From the NCBI GenBank assembly GCA_963758525.1, contig CAVWVQ010000003.1, forward strand, positions 2,560,001-2,624,000: a stretch of DNA of 64,000 nucleotides, written 5' to 3'. The position numbers were made by a program, and so were the translations under genes. This document shows, in pieces, positions 20,432 to 31,356 of the stretch. Every line of letters begins with the position of its first letter. Positions within the stretch are counted from its first letter, which is position 1. Below the pieces are notes generated by a model, which saw only the letters and a program-made list of their open reading frames with translations, had not been told where the DNA came from and made no database searches. This DNA comes from an uncultured Phycisphaerales bacterium (GTDB lineage Bacteria; Planctomycetota; Phycisphaerae; Tepidisphaerales; Tepidisphaeraceae).

Positions 20432-21520
20432 TTATTTCACCAGAGTGACCGTGCCGTTGGTGCTTACCTTGACGGTGCGGTTGCCGGAGTTATTGCTCCA
20501 TTCGTAGAAGTCCCAGGTCGCCAGGAAGAGCCGGGTCGCGCCTTTGGGGGCGACGAACTGCTGTGCGACTCCCGCCGAGTTCTGCCCGTCGCCGATGAAG
20601 AAGATCTGCTTGAGCTGCGGCTTGAGGACCGAGAAGTCGCGGCTCGCGGCAGAGCTGAAGTCCAGGCTCGACGGCGCCGGGGTTGTATTGGGCGCCGAGT
20701 CATCCAGGAAGACGCCAACCAGGGCATTGATCGGGGCCAGCACGTCGGCAATTCCATTCTCGCTGTACATCGTGTTCGAATAGTCTCCCGATTCCACCGG
20801 GGTCAGGTTGTTGTGCCCGATGTTGTCCAGTTCCCCGTCCGGCTCGTAGTCGGACATGTTGGGGTCGTGACGGGCGGTGCCGGTGATCGAGGTAAAGGTC
20901 AGACTCGTCCCGCCGCCGATCGGCATCCCGAGCACTGTCGGCGATTCGAGCGCGTTGGTGCTGTTGCCCGCGTGATCCACGTCATGGTGCGGATTGATCT
21001 CGCTGGCCGTGCTGCCGGCGGGCATTCCCGACAGGAACGGGTTGGCAGTTGCCTGAACCAGTTGATTCACGTTGAGCGGGGGCACCAGCAGGGCGGTAGC
21101 ACTGGTATGAATATCCAGCGATTTAAAGCCCAGCGCCGGCGCGAACATCATTCCCAGGCCCGTTCCGCGTGAGGTCAGAAAAGCGGCCGAGCATTGTGCC
21201 GCGTTGATGTTTGAGCCGCCGGGGGTGAAGGTTCTGCGTGTCGTATCCCAGTAGCCGAGGACCACGTCGCTTGGCTGAAGGACGACTGGTTTGCCGTCCG
21301 CCTTGTTGCGCCCGGCGATATCGATCGCGTCAGCGACCGAGGTTCCGGTGGTGATTCCGTAAGCCGCGCTGCGTGCCGCCGCGTCGGCGGCGATGTGCAA
21401 CTGCGTCTTGACCATCTGGGCTCTGCCCAGGTCGACTGCCAGAGAGCAGAAGCCGAGCATTGCCGCCATGGTAACCAGAACGTAGATCAGAACCGCGCCT
21501 TTCCGTTTTCTCGTAAGCAT
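20432..21520 (-). CDS. TadG-like (Tad N-terminal domain) protein
   Basis: RKGAVLIYVLVTMAAMLGFCSLAVDLG...LHIAADAAARSAA; DVVLGYWD. Confidence 0.8.
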   Translation of the reverse strand: MLTRKRKGAVLIYVLVTMAAMLGFCSLAVDLGRAQMVKTQLHIAADAAARSAAYGITTGTSVADAIDIAGRNKADGKPVVLQPSDVVLGYWDTTRRTFTPGGSNINAAQCSAAFLTSRGTGLGMMFAPALGFKSLDIHTSATALLVPPLNVNQLVQATANPFLSGMPAGSTASEINPHHDVDHAGNSTNALESPTVLGMPIGGGTSLTFTSITGTARHDPNMSDYEPDGELDNIGHNNLTPVESGDYSNTMYSENGIADVLAPINALVGVFLDDSAPNTTPAPSSLDFSSAASRDFSVLKPQLKQIFFIGDGQNSAGVAQQFVAPKGATRLFLATWDFYEWSNNSGNRTVKVSTNGTVTLVK

Positions 21521-21788
21521 GTTTCTCCGTTGTTGGGGGTAACGGAACATGCCTCGTATTTCGCGGTGCGCGGGAGAAATTTGCTCTTTGGGACTGCGAA
21601 TCGTATGTCCCAACGGCAGGATGGGGGAAATCTAGTGAGCGGTGCAGGCGCGGCCACGCGCTTTTCCAAAAAACCCCAAGTTTTGCGGCAAAGTTCCTTG
21701 CGTTTTCCTCGGGAATAGCCTTAGTATGAGTGTTTTCTTGAGCTCCTCGGCGTTAGGGATTTCCCCGGCGCGAGGGAAAGAGAGCCAT

Positions 21789-22661
21789 TTGCCGCCTGAA
21801 ATCGCCGAAAACACGAGATTACAACCTCTTTTTCCCGCCCTTGGCGTGGTCGACGCCGCCCTGTACGAATACTTCCGCCGGTCCGAGAAGATGGGCTGGT
21901 CGCCATATGACTTGGCTGAGCAAAGCCAGATTCAGGCGATCGCCCGACCGGAGCGTATCAGCGAAGTACAGCTGTCAGCCGTCAAGACCGTCCTCTTTGT
22001 AGAGGACCATCTGCCCGGATATCTGGCTGAATATCTGCGCATTATGACCGATCCGGACATGCCGGACGATCAGCAGATTATGAACCGCAAGGTTCTGCAC
22101 TTCACGTTCCGATGGGTTTCCGAAGAAGATCGCCACGCCCACGTGCTGGGAATGTATCTGACCAACACCGGCCTGGTTCCGGCGGCTGAATTGGAAGAGG
22201 AGACCCTGCGCGAACGCCGCACGGCCTATAACTTCCCCTTCGATCACCGCACCAATATGGTGGAAGGATTCATCTACCTGGCCCTGCAGGAGAAGGCGAC
22301 GCATCTGTATTATCGCGCTCTGGCGCAGGATATCGATGAACCGCTGCTGAAGACGGTGCTCGGAAAGATGGGCGCCGATGAGGCAAGCCACGGGGCGTTT
22401 TTCTACAATATTCTGATTGAATCATTCAAAGGGGATCTGGACCTGCTGGCGAAAAAGATTTCTGCGGTGGCCAACGAGTTCAAGATGCCGGTGCAGAACA
22501 ATCTGATCAATTACCGCCGGCAGTTGCTGGGAATGATGCGGGCCGCGCCGAGTTACAAACATCCCGACGTCTTTGCAAACATGATGGAAGCGGTGGAGAA
22601 AGCGGCAAAGAAGTACAGCCGCGATTCACTGGACCTGGTTTCGCCGGAGATCAGGGAGTAG
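21789..22661 (+). CDS. Acyl-ACP desaturase family (ferritin-like di-iron) protein
   Basis: VEDHLPGY, WVSEEDRH, QEKATHLYY, DEASHG di-iron motifs; probable TTG start. Confidence 0.8.
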   Translation: MPPEIAENTRLQPLFPALGVVDAALYEYFRRSEKMGWSPYDLAEQSQIQAIARPERISEVQLSAVKTVLFVEDHLPGYLAEYLRIMTDPDMPDDQQIMNRKVLHFTFRWVSEEDRHAHVLGMYLTNTGLVPAAELEEETLRERRTAYNFPFDHRTNMVEGFIYLALQEKATHLYYRALAQDIDEPLLKTVLGKMGADEASHGAFFYNILIESFKGDLDLLAKKISAVANEFKMPVQNNLINYRRQLLGMMRAAPSYKHPDVFANMMEAVEKAAKKYSRDSLDLVSPEIRE

Positions 22662-22774
22662 GTCGCACTTTTCGCTACAACAAATACAACAAATTAAACG
22701 CCTGCGGAGCTTGCTCCGTAGGTATCTGCTTATCCGAGGAACCTACACGGCAAGCGGTGTAAGCTTTTAGCGGA

Positions 22775-23728
22775 TCACCCGCTCGTCTGCCGGTCTCCAT
22801 CTGTTGCATAGCTGCGCACGCCTGCGTTGGTCAGTCGCAACAACGCGTCCTGCGCGCTGGTTCCTGAGGCCGCGCCGACATCGCTTTCAGTCAATCCATC
22901 GCCGAGCAGCGTCACTTCATCGCCGGTCTTATCATTTGCCGCGGCTTCGACGTACGCCGACTGCATTCCGACTTCGAGGATGCGCGAGGGCCGGCCATTG
23001 ACCAGGCACGGGCCAGGGCGAACGCCGTTGGAGTAGCCGGCGAGGATAACCCCGTGGCGAACGGCAGTGAAGCCGGTGTACCCGGCGGGGCCAGTGGTAT
23101 CGCGGACATCGACAAGATTCGTCGTGACGCGCACGGCGCCGCGGTATAGGGCCAACCCGGGACGCACCGCATCGAGTCGGGCACCGGGTTCGTCCAACAG
23201 GGCAGAAGCGGCGGCGTGCAGCCGCAGCCCGCGGCCGCCGACGAGAGCGATGAGCTGCTGAACCTGACCAGGACGCAGCGCGTGGGTAAACGCTTCGTCG
23301 CAAGCGCCGGCCGCTAGCACCGCGTCGATTTGTGTCGGCGGGCACGAGAACCGCTGCATGCCGGTGTCGACAGACAGAATTGGTCGGGCCAATCGCAGTG
23401 CGGCTGCGCGTTCCGCGGTCCAGACAGCGGGCCGGACATGATGCTCAAGATAGTCTGATCGATCCGCCCCGGGATCAGGGCCAAGGGCCATGCTGGTTCT
23501 TCCAGTCGTTTCCCAGATCCGCGCGGCGATCGCCTCCGCAAGACTGAAGACACAAAATCCGTCGACCAATTCCCTCAATGCCTGAACGACGTGCTGCGCT
23601 CCAAGTCCGTACGCATCAGCTTTGACGACCGCAAGGATCGGCACTCCGACGTGCGCAGCGACGGCGGCGGCATTGCGCCGCACCTGATCCAGATCCACGC
23701 GAACGCTGATGTATTTGCCTGGCGACAC
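22775..23728 (-). CDS. alr: Alanine racemase (compact form)
   Basis: AVVKADAYGLG, SVDTGMQR, VRPGLALY, AGYSNG, GDEVTLLG; start uncertain. Confidence 0.85.
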   Translation of the reverse strand: MSPGKYISVRVDLDQVRRNAAAVAAHVGVPILAVVKADAYGLGAQHVVQALRELVDGFCVFSLAEAIAARIWETTGRTSMALGPDPGADRSDYLEHHVRPAVWTAERAAALRLARPILSVDTGMQRFSCPPTQIDAVLAAGACDEAFTHALRPGQVQQLIALVGGRGLRLHAAASALLDEPGARLDAVRPGLALYRGAVRVTTNLVDVRDTTGPAGYTGFTAVRHGVILAGYSNGVRPGPCLVNGRPSRILEVGMQSAYVEAAANDKTGDEVTLLGDGLTESDVGAASGTSAQDALLRLTNAGVRSYATDGDRQTSG

Positions 23729-24055
23729 GTCGGCATTGAACCCGTGCGCGGCCGACGCGTCCAGCCGCGCTCCGGCCAACCGATCTGAGAGCCGCTATTG
23801 GCGGGGAGCGGCCGGCGGAAGCGCCGCCGATCCTCGCCACAAGAAATTGACACCGACCCCATCCGACGAAAAGGTCCGTTCCGCGGGGTGCATCACCTTT
23901 TCCGATTGTACGGCCCGTAGCGAAGTTAAGGGGCACGCACGACGGTCCGACGAACACTGGGACCTCTGTTGCTGAGGACGTGGTCCCATAGGCAGTTGCG
24001 GCGGCGGGGTCGTCCGCTCAGTGCGGCGCCATGCGCGAATATTTTGGAGCTATGC

Positions 24056-27000
24056 ATGTCACATCAGTTCGATTCGTCGCTGGTCCGTTCTCCTCATTCC
24101 AAAGAGTCGGCCCTGGCAACGGCTGCCAGGCGGCGGCGGGTCGCGCAGGCAGTCGTAGAGGCGCTGGAAAATCGGCGGCTGTTCTCCACCATCACGGTGA
24201 CGACACTGGTCGATACCACCAACTATCCGACTTCGGTCACAATCAGCCAGTTGAACGCAACCCCGGTCAGCTTCCGCGATGCCATCAATGCGGTGAACAA
24301 CACCGGCGGCAATGACACCATCAACTTTGCGGCCAGTCTTACCGCCGGCGGCCCGGCGACCATCACGCTGAATGGATCGGAACTGCTTCTGAACGACACC
24401 AGCGGCACGCTGACCATCGACGGTCCCGCAGCCAATCTTCTCACGATCAGCGGCAATAATGCCAACCGGGTTTTTGAAGTTGCCAGTGGATCGACCGCTG
24501 CGATCGACGGCGTCACGATCACCGGGGGGAACGGGGCAGGTAATAGTGGCGGTGCAATCCTCAGCCACGGTGCGCTGACCATTGCAGAGAGCACCATCAG
24601 CGGCAACTCCGCTGGGGGTGCAGGGTACGGCTATGGTGGGGCGATCTACGAATACGGGAGTAATTTAACTCTCCAGGGATGTACGATTGCCTCCAACTCC
24701 GGGGGGTGGCTCGGTGGCGGCATTTTCGCCGGAAGTACTAATCTGAAAATCTCTGACAGTACCATTACCGGAAACAGCGCCCGATACGGCGGCGCCATGT
24801 ACACAGACTTTGACACGGCAACAATTTCCGACAGCACGATCAGCGGAAACACGGCAAATCTCGGAAGTGCGATCTATGGGTATCGCTCAAATAACACGCT
24901 GCAAAACACGATTCTGACCGGAAGCACCAGCACTTTCGGCACTTCTTTCAGCGGCTCTTACAACCTCCTGGGCCCCGGCATCACTGTCGGAGGCAGCCAC
25001 AACATCGTTGAAAGCAGCGTAGCGGCCGTTGGTCTAGGCACATTGGGCAACTATGGCGGTCCAACCCAGACCATCCCAGTGCTCGCCGGCAGCCCGGCAA
25101 TCAACGCCGGGAGCAATTCGCTCGCTGTTGACGGCAGCGGCAACGCGCTCACCACTGACCAGCGCGGTATCGGTTATGCGCGGCAAGTCGGCGGCGTTGT
25201 GGATATCGGCGCGTTCGAAGTACAGACATTGAGCGTCACCGCCAATACCACAAACCGTGCTGCCAGCGCCGCGACCCTCACGATCGCCGGGAGCGCCTTT
25301 GATCCGACAGCGGCGAACGACTCCGTCACGTTCAACAATGGCGCGGTGGGCACCGTCACGTCTGCCACTCCCGGCACGCTCACCGTCACGCTCACCACCG
25401 CCCCGACGGCCGGCGCGCTGACTGCTGTCGTTACCGCGGATGGAAGTAGCAGCGGCAGCCCGGTGCAGGTCGCCACGATCGTCCCAGTCGTGACTTCCAG
25501 TACCGCAAATCTCGCTGCGAACGCGACAAGCTTGACCATCGGCGGCGTCGGTTTCGATCCAACCATCGCCCATGACAGCGTCGTCTTCAACGACGGCGCC
25601 GTGGGCAGCGTCACCGCAGCGACTGCGACGAGCCTGACGATTTCACTTTCCAGCGACCCGACCTCGGCTGGCAGTCTCACCGCTGTTGTGACGACCAATA
25701 GTCAGAGCAGCGGGAGCGCGGTGCAGGTTGCCGCCGTCGTTCCCGTGGTGACTTCCAGCACCGCGAACCTTGCCGCGAACGCGACGAGCTTGAGCATCGC
25801 CGGCGTCGGTTTCGATCCAACCATCGCCCATGACAGCGTCGTCTTTAATGATGGTGCCGTGGGCAGCGTGACGGCGGCGACGCCGACGAGCCTGACGGTT
25901 TCCCTGTCCAGCGAGCCGACCTCGGCCGGCAGTCTCACTGCTGTTGTGACAACCAATAGTCAGAGCAGCGGGAGCGCTGTGCAGGTTGCCACGGTAGTTC
26001 CCGTCGTGACCTCCAGCAGCACGAGTCTTCCCATCACCGCAACGAGCGTCACCATCGCCGGCTTCGGATTCGATCCGACGATTGGTAATGACGCCGTGGT
26101 CTTCAATGACGGCGCGGTCGGCCAGGTGACCTCCGCCAACAGCAACTCGCTCACGGTGACGTTCTCGGCTCCGCCGGCTTCGACCGGCAGCCTGGTCACC
26201 GTCGTGACCGTCGACGGCGTCAGCAGCGGCGCACCCGTGCAAGTGGCAACCGTGACAGCCGTCAGTCCTACCGTTACCACACCGACGCAGGCGAATCTCA
26301 CCAGCGTTACTGCCACCCTCGGCGGGGACGTGACCAGCGATGGAAGCACATCGATCATCGATCGCGGCGTGCTGTATTCACTCACTTCGGTCAACGCAAA
26401 TCCGACCATCGGCGGGACGGGCGTAACCGAAGTCGACGATGCCGCGTCAACGACCGGGACGTTCACGGAAAACGTGGCAAATCTGTCGGAGAACAGCGCG
26501 TACACGTACGTGGCGTTCGCCACCAACGGCGTCGGCACCAGCTATTCGCCGGTCGATACGTTTCAAACCCAGCCGACCCTGGTCGTCAATACGGCCGGCG
26601 ACCCGAACACCCCCGTTGACGGCGACACCAGCCTGCGGGAAGCGATCGCCTACGCGGACTCCCTCGGCGGAGACCAGACGATCAGCTTCGATCCAACTCT
26701 CACTGCCAACGGCCCGGCGACGATCACGCTGAATGGATCGGAACTGGATCTTGACGACCCCATCGGCACATTGACCATCGACGGTCCCGGAGCCAACCTG
26801 CTCACGATCGACGGCAATAATGCCAGCCGGGTCCTTTCAATCGTCTCACATGCCGCAATCGACGGGGTCACAATCACGGGCGGGAATCCGCATCCGCACA
26901 CGCTTTTCGGTGGTGCAGTCCTTGTCGCCTTTGCCACGGCGACGATTACAGACAGCACCATCACCGGCAACGCCAATACGGATCCAACTTCAGGCGGGTA

Positions 27001-30000
27001 CGGCGGAGGCATCTACGCCTACCGTTCTAGTTTAAATATCCAGGGATGCACCATCTCGTCCAACAGCGCATTCTACGGCGGCGGCATTCACGCGGAGCAG
27101 ACCTCTCTGGTCATCTCTAACAGCACGATTACGGGGAACACCGCCAGAAATGGAGGGGCCATCGCAGCATACTTCGGGACATTGGCAATCTCGGACTCGA
27201 CCATCACCGGCAACACGGCGACGTCAGGCTCTGCTGGAATCACGGGCGACCTTGCAGCCTCGTACGACACGATCAACAACACGATTCTGACTGACGGCAC
27301 TCCCCCTTATTTATCTTCCTACTTCGGCGGCTCCTACGACATTTTGGGACCGAGTGTTGCGGTAACGGGGAGCAACAATATCGTCGTAAGCGACGCAGCG
27401 GCAGTTGGCCTCGGAGCACTGGGCAATTACGGCGGTCCGACCGAAACGATCCCGCTGCTTTCCGGCAGCCCGGCGATCAACGCCGGCAGCAATTCTCTAG
27501 CCGTCGACATCAACGGCAACGCTCTGACTACCGACCAGCGCGGCGTTGGTTTCGGGCGCGAAATCGCCGGTGTTGTGGATATTGGCGCGGATGAATTTCA
27601 GTCAATAACCGTCACGCCAGACACCGCCGGCCTCGCCAACAGCGCGACTACCCTGACGATTGCCGGCATCGGTTTTGACCCGACGGCGGCCAACGATTCA
27701 GTGGTATTCAACGACGGCGCGGTCGGCACCGTCACGTCGGCCAGCGTCGGTTCACTCACCGTGACATTCACCACAGCTCCGACTATCGGTGGTCTGACGG
27801 CGATCGTCACTTCTGACGGGACCAACAGCGGGGCCGCCGTGCAAGTGGCGAATGTGTTTGCCGCTCCGACCGTCACGACGCCGACGCAGGCGAATCTCAC
27901 CAACACTGACGTGACGCTGGGAGGCGATGTGACCAGCGATGGCGGGTCAGCGGTTATCACTCGCGGCGTGCTCTATTCACTCACCGCGGTCAACGCGAAT
28001 CCAACCATCGGCGGGGCGGGCGTCACCGAAGTGGATGATGCCTCGGCGACCACCGGGACCTTCACGGAAAACGTGACGAACCTGCCGGAAAACGGCGCTG
28101 ACAGCTATGTGGCGTTCGCCACCAACGCCGCGGGCACCAGCTACACGCCGGTGGATACGTTCCAGACCCAGCCGAGCCTTATCGTCAACACGACCAGCGA
28201 CCCGGCAACTGCCGTCGACGGCTTCACCAGCCTGCGGGAAGCGATCGCGTATGCGGATACGCTCGGTGGAAACCAGACGATCAGCTTCGATCCCAGTCTG
28301 ACTGCCAGCGGCCCGGCGACGATCACGCTCAATGGATCTGAATTGCTTTTAAACGATACGAGCGGCACGGTGACGATCGACGGCCCGGCAGCCGATCTCC
28401 TTACGATCAGCGGCAATCATGCCAGCAGGGTTTTTGACGTTGCCATAGGATCAAAGCACCAGATCGATGGAGTCACGATCACGGACGGAAGATCCTCAGA
28501 TGGCGGCGCCGGGATCCGGGACCTGGGCACCCTGACGATTTCGAACAGCACCCTCACCGGAAACACCGACCTGCCAGGGAATGGCAGGTCGTATGGCGGC
28601 GCGATCTATGCTAGCGGGCCATTGACCGTGCAAGGCTGCACGATCTCGTCCAACCAATCGAAGTACGGGGGCGCCATCTTCTCGCGTGACGCGCAGTTGA
28701 CCATTTCTGACAGCACAATTGCGGGAAACACCGCCCAAAACTTGGGAGGCGCCATTTGGAAAGAAGGCGGCGCCCTTGCGATCTCCGACAGCACCATCAC
28801 AGGAAACACGGCAAGGTCCGACGACGGGATACTTGCGTATGTCGTGAGCGCCACGCTGAATAACACGATTCTGACCGACAGCGGCAGCGGCTACAGCTCA
28901 ACTCTCAGCGGCTCTTACAACATCCTGGGCCCGAACACGGGGGTGACGGGCAGCAACAACATCGTCGAAAGCACCGTGGCAGCGGTGGGCCTGGGAACCC
29001 TCGGCAATTTCGGCGGCACGACCCAAACTATCCCGCTGCTCCCCGGCAGCCCCGCCATTGATGCGGGCAGCAATGCTCTCGCAGTCGACGGCAACGGCAA
29101 TGCGCTGACCACCGACCAGCGCGGCGCGGGTTTTCAGCGGACCATCGGCGCCTCGGTGGACGTCGGCGCGTACGAAACCCCCGGCTTTACGATCGCCGCC
29201 ACCACCGGCAGCGGTCAGTCCACCAGCGCCGGGTCTGCCTTTGCAACGTCGCTGGGCGTGCATGTGACGGCGAACGATTCCGACTTGACCGACCTGACCG
29301 GCGGCATGATCACGCTGACCGCGCCCTCCAGCGGCGCCGGCGCTACGTTCTCCAGCGCTCCCATCGTGCTCGACAGCAGCGGCGACGGCAGCACCACTGC
29401 AACGGCCAACAATATCACCGGCATTTACACCGTCAGCGCCTCTGCCGGCGGAGTCGCCAACAGCGCCACCTTTTCCTTGACGAACCTCGTCACCGCGCTG
29501 GCCACCCCGACCGTGACGGTCAGCGATACCGGCGGTGTTTACAACGGCAGTGCGTATCCCGCGACCGCGCTCGTTGCCGGCACCGATGCAAACCCCGTTG
29601 CCAGCCTCGAGGGAGTAACTCCGACTGTCGCGTATTACGTTGGTTCCACTGCGACGGGCGCCAGCTCTTCCACCGCGCCAACCGACGCCGGAACGTATAC
29701 CGTCGTTGCCTCATTCGCCGGCAGTACCGATTACACCGCGGCAGTCTCCCTGCCGACAACCTTCACCATCAGCCACGCCCCGGTGACGGTTTCACTGTCG
29801 AATCTCACGCAGACTTATGATGGCTCGGCGAAGCTCGCCGCCGCCACGACAGCGCCCGATCAGATTTCGACAACGATTCTGTACCGCCAGCATGGTCATC
29901 TGGTCGCTTCGCCAACCGAGGCCGGAAGCTACGGGGTGTTTGCCTTCGTGAATGACGCCAACTACAGCGGCTCGACCCATGGCACCCTGGTGATTCAGCC

Positions 30001-31336
30001 GGCGAACGTCAGCTCAGCGATCGTCACGATGTCGAATCTTTCGCAGACGTATGATGGGTCGCCCAAGTCGGCCGTCGTCTCGACCACGCCGTCAGGCCTG
30101 GCAACAACGATCACGTACAGTCAAAACGGTCAGCGCGTCGCCAACCCGACCAACGCCGGAAGTTACGACGTGTCGGTAACGGTGAATAACCCCGACTACA
30201 CCGGCTCAACAACCAGCACGCTGGTCATTCATCCGCAAGCCATTGCAATCACCCTCGGGGATTTGTCCCAGACATACGATGGCACCGCCAGGCTCGCCAC
30301 GGCTTCAACAACGCCAGGCGGAATTGCGACGGAGATAAACTATTCGCAAAACGCAGACCGGGTGACGACGCCCATTGGCGCCGGAACGTATGACGTTTCC
30401 GCGGTAGCAAGCGATCCGAATTATTCTGGATCGGCCAGCGGAACGCTGGTGGTGGACGCGGCCAGCCCAATTCTGGACGTGGCGGGATCGACCGTCACTT
30501 ACGACGGCGCTCCCCACGCGGGGACCGGCCCGGCCATGGGGGTGGAACCGACCACGCCGGCGAATCTCACTCCACTGCTGCAACTGAGTTATCAGGACAT
30601 TGCGGATAATACCGTCAGCGCCGCCGCGCCCGTCTACCCGGGAACGTACGATGTGCTGGCCCGCTTTGACGGCAACGCCAATTACAAGGCCATCCCGCTC
30701 TTTAACACCGGCAAGACAATCGTCATCAACCCATTTGCGTCATTGGTCGGCCCGTCGATCTACACCCAGCGACCGACCACTCGTTTCGCCGGCAAGGTTT
30801 CCAGGAACGCCGAAGTTGCCCACGGCGTGGTGACCGTCGAGTTGGCCGGTGTAACACAGACCGTCAAGATCAGGCCCAATCGCACGTTCTCGACCCGCTT
30901 GTCCACGGCGAATCTGCCGGTCGGCAGTTACACCGTGAACTACACCTACTCCGGCCCCGGCAGGTTCCGGATCACCACCTGGTCTCGCACCCTCGCCGTT
31001 ACCTACAAGACCACGCCGCAGTTTGACGCAGCGCGACACTATCCGCCCGGCTCGATTATTCCGGTTGCGGTCAAGCTGGCGAACTCCGCCGGCGATCTAA
31101 TCGCCGACCCGCAGACCACACTGACGGCGGTCGGCATCGCCCACGCGTCATCGCACAAGACCGTGCTTCCGCTACCGGCCGGCACACCCGCCGGCGGCGC
31201 GTTTGCACTCGATCCGCGGACCGGCAGCTACGACTTGAATCTGAGCACCATGGGCCTGCACGCTGGGAAGTACTTGCTCTACTTCACCGCCTCGGGGGAT
31301 CCCATCACTCATGCGGTGAAGTTCATCATCGCGTGA
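24056..31336 (+). CDS. Large repeat-rich surface/secreted protein: three beta-helix plus choice-of-anchor-Q modules, Ig-like repeats, MBG-like repeats, PxKF-like C-terminus
   Basis: EALENRRLFS motif; 3x LG.LGN(Y/F)GG.T.TIP.L.GSPAI.AG...TDQRG; ~86-aa Ig/IPT-like repeats; TYDGS-type repeats; GSIIPVAVKL..GSYDLNLST. Confidence 0.9.
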   Translation: MSHQFDSSLVRSPHSKESALATAARRRRVAQAVVEALENRRLFSTITVTTLVDTTNYPTSVTISQLNATPVSFRDAINAVNNTGGNDTINFAASLTAGGPATITLNGSELLLNDTSGTLTIDGPAANLLTISGNNANRVFEVASGSTAAIDGVTITGGNGAGNSGGAILSHGALTIAESTISGNSAGGAGYGYGGAIYEYGSNLTLQGCTIASNSGGWLGGGIFAGSTNLKISDSTITGNSARYGGAMYTDFDTATISDSTISGNTANLGSAIYGYRSNNTLQNTILTGSTSTFGTSFSGSYNLLGPGITVGGSHNIVESSVAAVGLGTLGNYGGPTQTIPVLAGSPAINAGSNSLAVDGSGNALTTDQRGIGYARQVGGVVDIGAFEVQTLSVTANTTNRAASAATLTIAGSAFDPTAANDSVTFNNGAVGTVTSATPGTLTVTLTTAPTAGALTAVVTADGSSSGSPVQVATIVPVVTSSTANLAANATSLTIGGVGFDPTIAHDSVVFNDGAVGSVTAATATSLTISLSSDPTSAGSLTAVVTTNSQSSGSAVQVAAVVPVVTSSTANLAANATSLSIAGVGFDPTIAHDSVVFNDGAVGSVTAATPTSLTVSLSSEPTSAGSLTAVVTTNSQSSGSAVQVATVVPVVTSSSTSLPITATSVTIAGFGFDPTIGNDAVVFNDGAVGQVTSANSNSLTVTFSAPPASTGSLVTVVTVDGVSSGAPVQVATVTAVSPTVTTPTQANLTSVTATLGGDVTSDGSTSIIDRGVLYSLTSVNANPTIGGTGVTEVDDAASTTGTFTENVANLSENSAYTYVAFATNGVGTSYSPVDTFQTQPTLVVNTAGDPNTPVDGDTSLREAIAYADSLGGDQTISFDPTLTANGPATITLNGSELDLDDPIGTLTIDGPGANLLTIDGNNASRVLSIVSHAAIDGVTITGGNPHPHTLFGGAVLVAFATATITDSTITGNANTDPTSGGYGGGIYAYRSSLNIQGCTISSNSAFYGGGIHAEQTSLVISNSTITGNTARNGGAIAAYFGTLAISDSTITGNTATSGSAGITGDLAASYDTINNTILTDGTPPYLSSYFGGSYDILGPSVAVTGSNNIVVSDAAAVGLGALGNYGGPTETIPLLSGSPAINAGSNSLAVDINGNALTTDQRGVGFGREIAGVVDIGADEFQSITVTPDTAGLANSATTLTIAGIGFDPTAANDSVVFNDGAVGTVTSASVGSLTVTFTTAPTIGGLTAIVTSDGTNSGAAVQVANVFAAPTVTTPTQANLTNTDVTLGGDVTSDGGSAVITRGVLYSLTAVNANPTIGGAGVTEVDDASATTGTFTENVTNLPENGADSYVAFATNAAGTSYTPVDTFQTQPSLIVNTTSDPATAVDGFTSLREAIAYADTLGGNQTISFDPSLTASGPATITLNGSELLLNDTSGTVTIDGPAADLLTISGNHASRVFDVAIGSKHQIDGVTITDGRSSDGGAGIRDLGTLTISNSTLTGNTDLPGNGRSYGGAIYASGPLTVQGCTISSNQSKYGGAIFSRDAQLTISDSTIAGNTAQNLGGAIWKEGGALAISDSTITGNTARSDDGILAYVVSATLNNTILTDSGSGYSSTLSGSYNILGPNTGVTGSNNIVESTVAAVGLGTLGNFGGTTQTIPLLPGSPAIDAGSNALAVDGNGNALTTDQRGAGFQRTIGASVDVGAYETPGFTIAATTGSGQSTSAGSAFATSLGVHVTANDSDLTDLTGGMITLTAPSSGAGATFSSAPIVLDSSGDGSTTATANNITGIYTVSASAGGVANSATFSLTNLVTALATPTVTVSDTGGVYNGSAYPATALVAGTDANPVASLEGVTPTVAYYVGSTATGASSSTAPTDAGTYTVVASFAGSTDYTAAVSLPTTFTISHAPVTVSLSNLTQTYDGSAKLAAATTAPDQISTTILYRQHGHLVASPTEAGSYGVFAFVNDANYSGSTHGTLVIQPANVSSAIVTMSNLSQTYDGSPKSAVVSTTPSGLATTITYSQNGQRVANPTNAGSYDVSVTVNNPDYTGSTTSTLVIHPQAIAITLGDLSQTYDGTARLATASTTPGGIATEINYSQNADRVTTPIGAGTYDVSAVASDPNYSGSASGTLVVDAASPILDVAGSTVTYDGAPHAGTGPAMGVEPTTPANLTPLLQLSYQDIADNTVSAAAPVYPGTYDVLARFDGNANYKAIPLFNTGKTIVINPFASLVGPSIYTQRPTTRFAGKVSRNAEVAHGVVTVELAGVTQTVKIRPNRTFSTRLSTANLPVGSYTVNYTYSGPGRFRITTWSRTLAVTYKTTPQFDAARHYPPGSIIPVAVKLANSAGDLIADPQTTLTAVGIAHASSHKTVLPLPAGTPAGGAFALDPRTGSYDLNLSTMGLHAGKYLLYFTASGDPITHAVKFIIA

Positions 31337-31356
31337 ACAGCGGTTCCCGCCCCGCG

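Noticed and set aside
20432..21520. Complete Tad pilus locus
   Set aside because: Only a lone TadG-like gene; no flp, cpa or tadABC genes nearby
24530..28920. Diversity-generating retroelement target
   Set aside because: No reverse transcriptase and no template/variable repeat pair differing only at adenines is visible in this window
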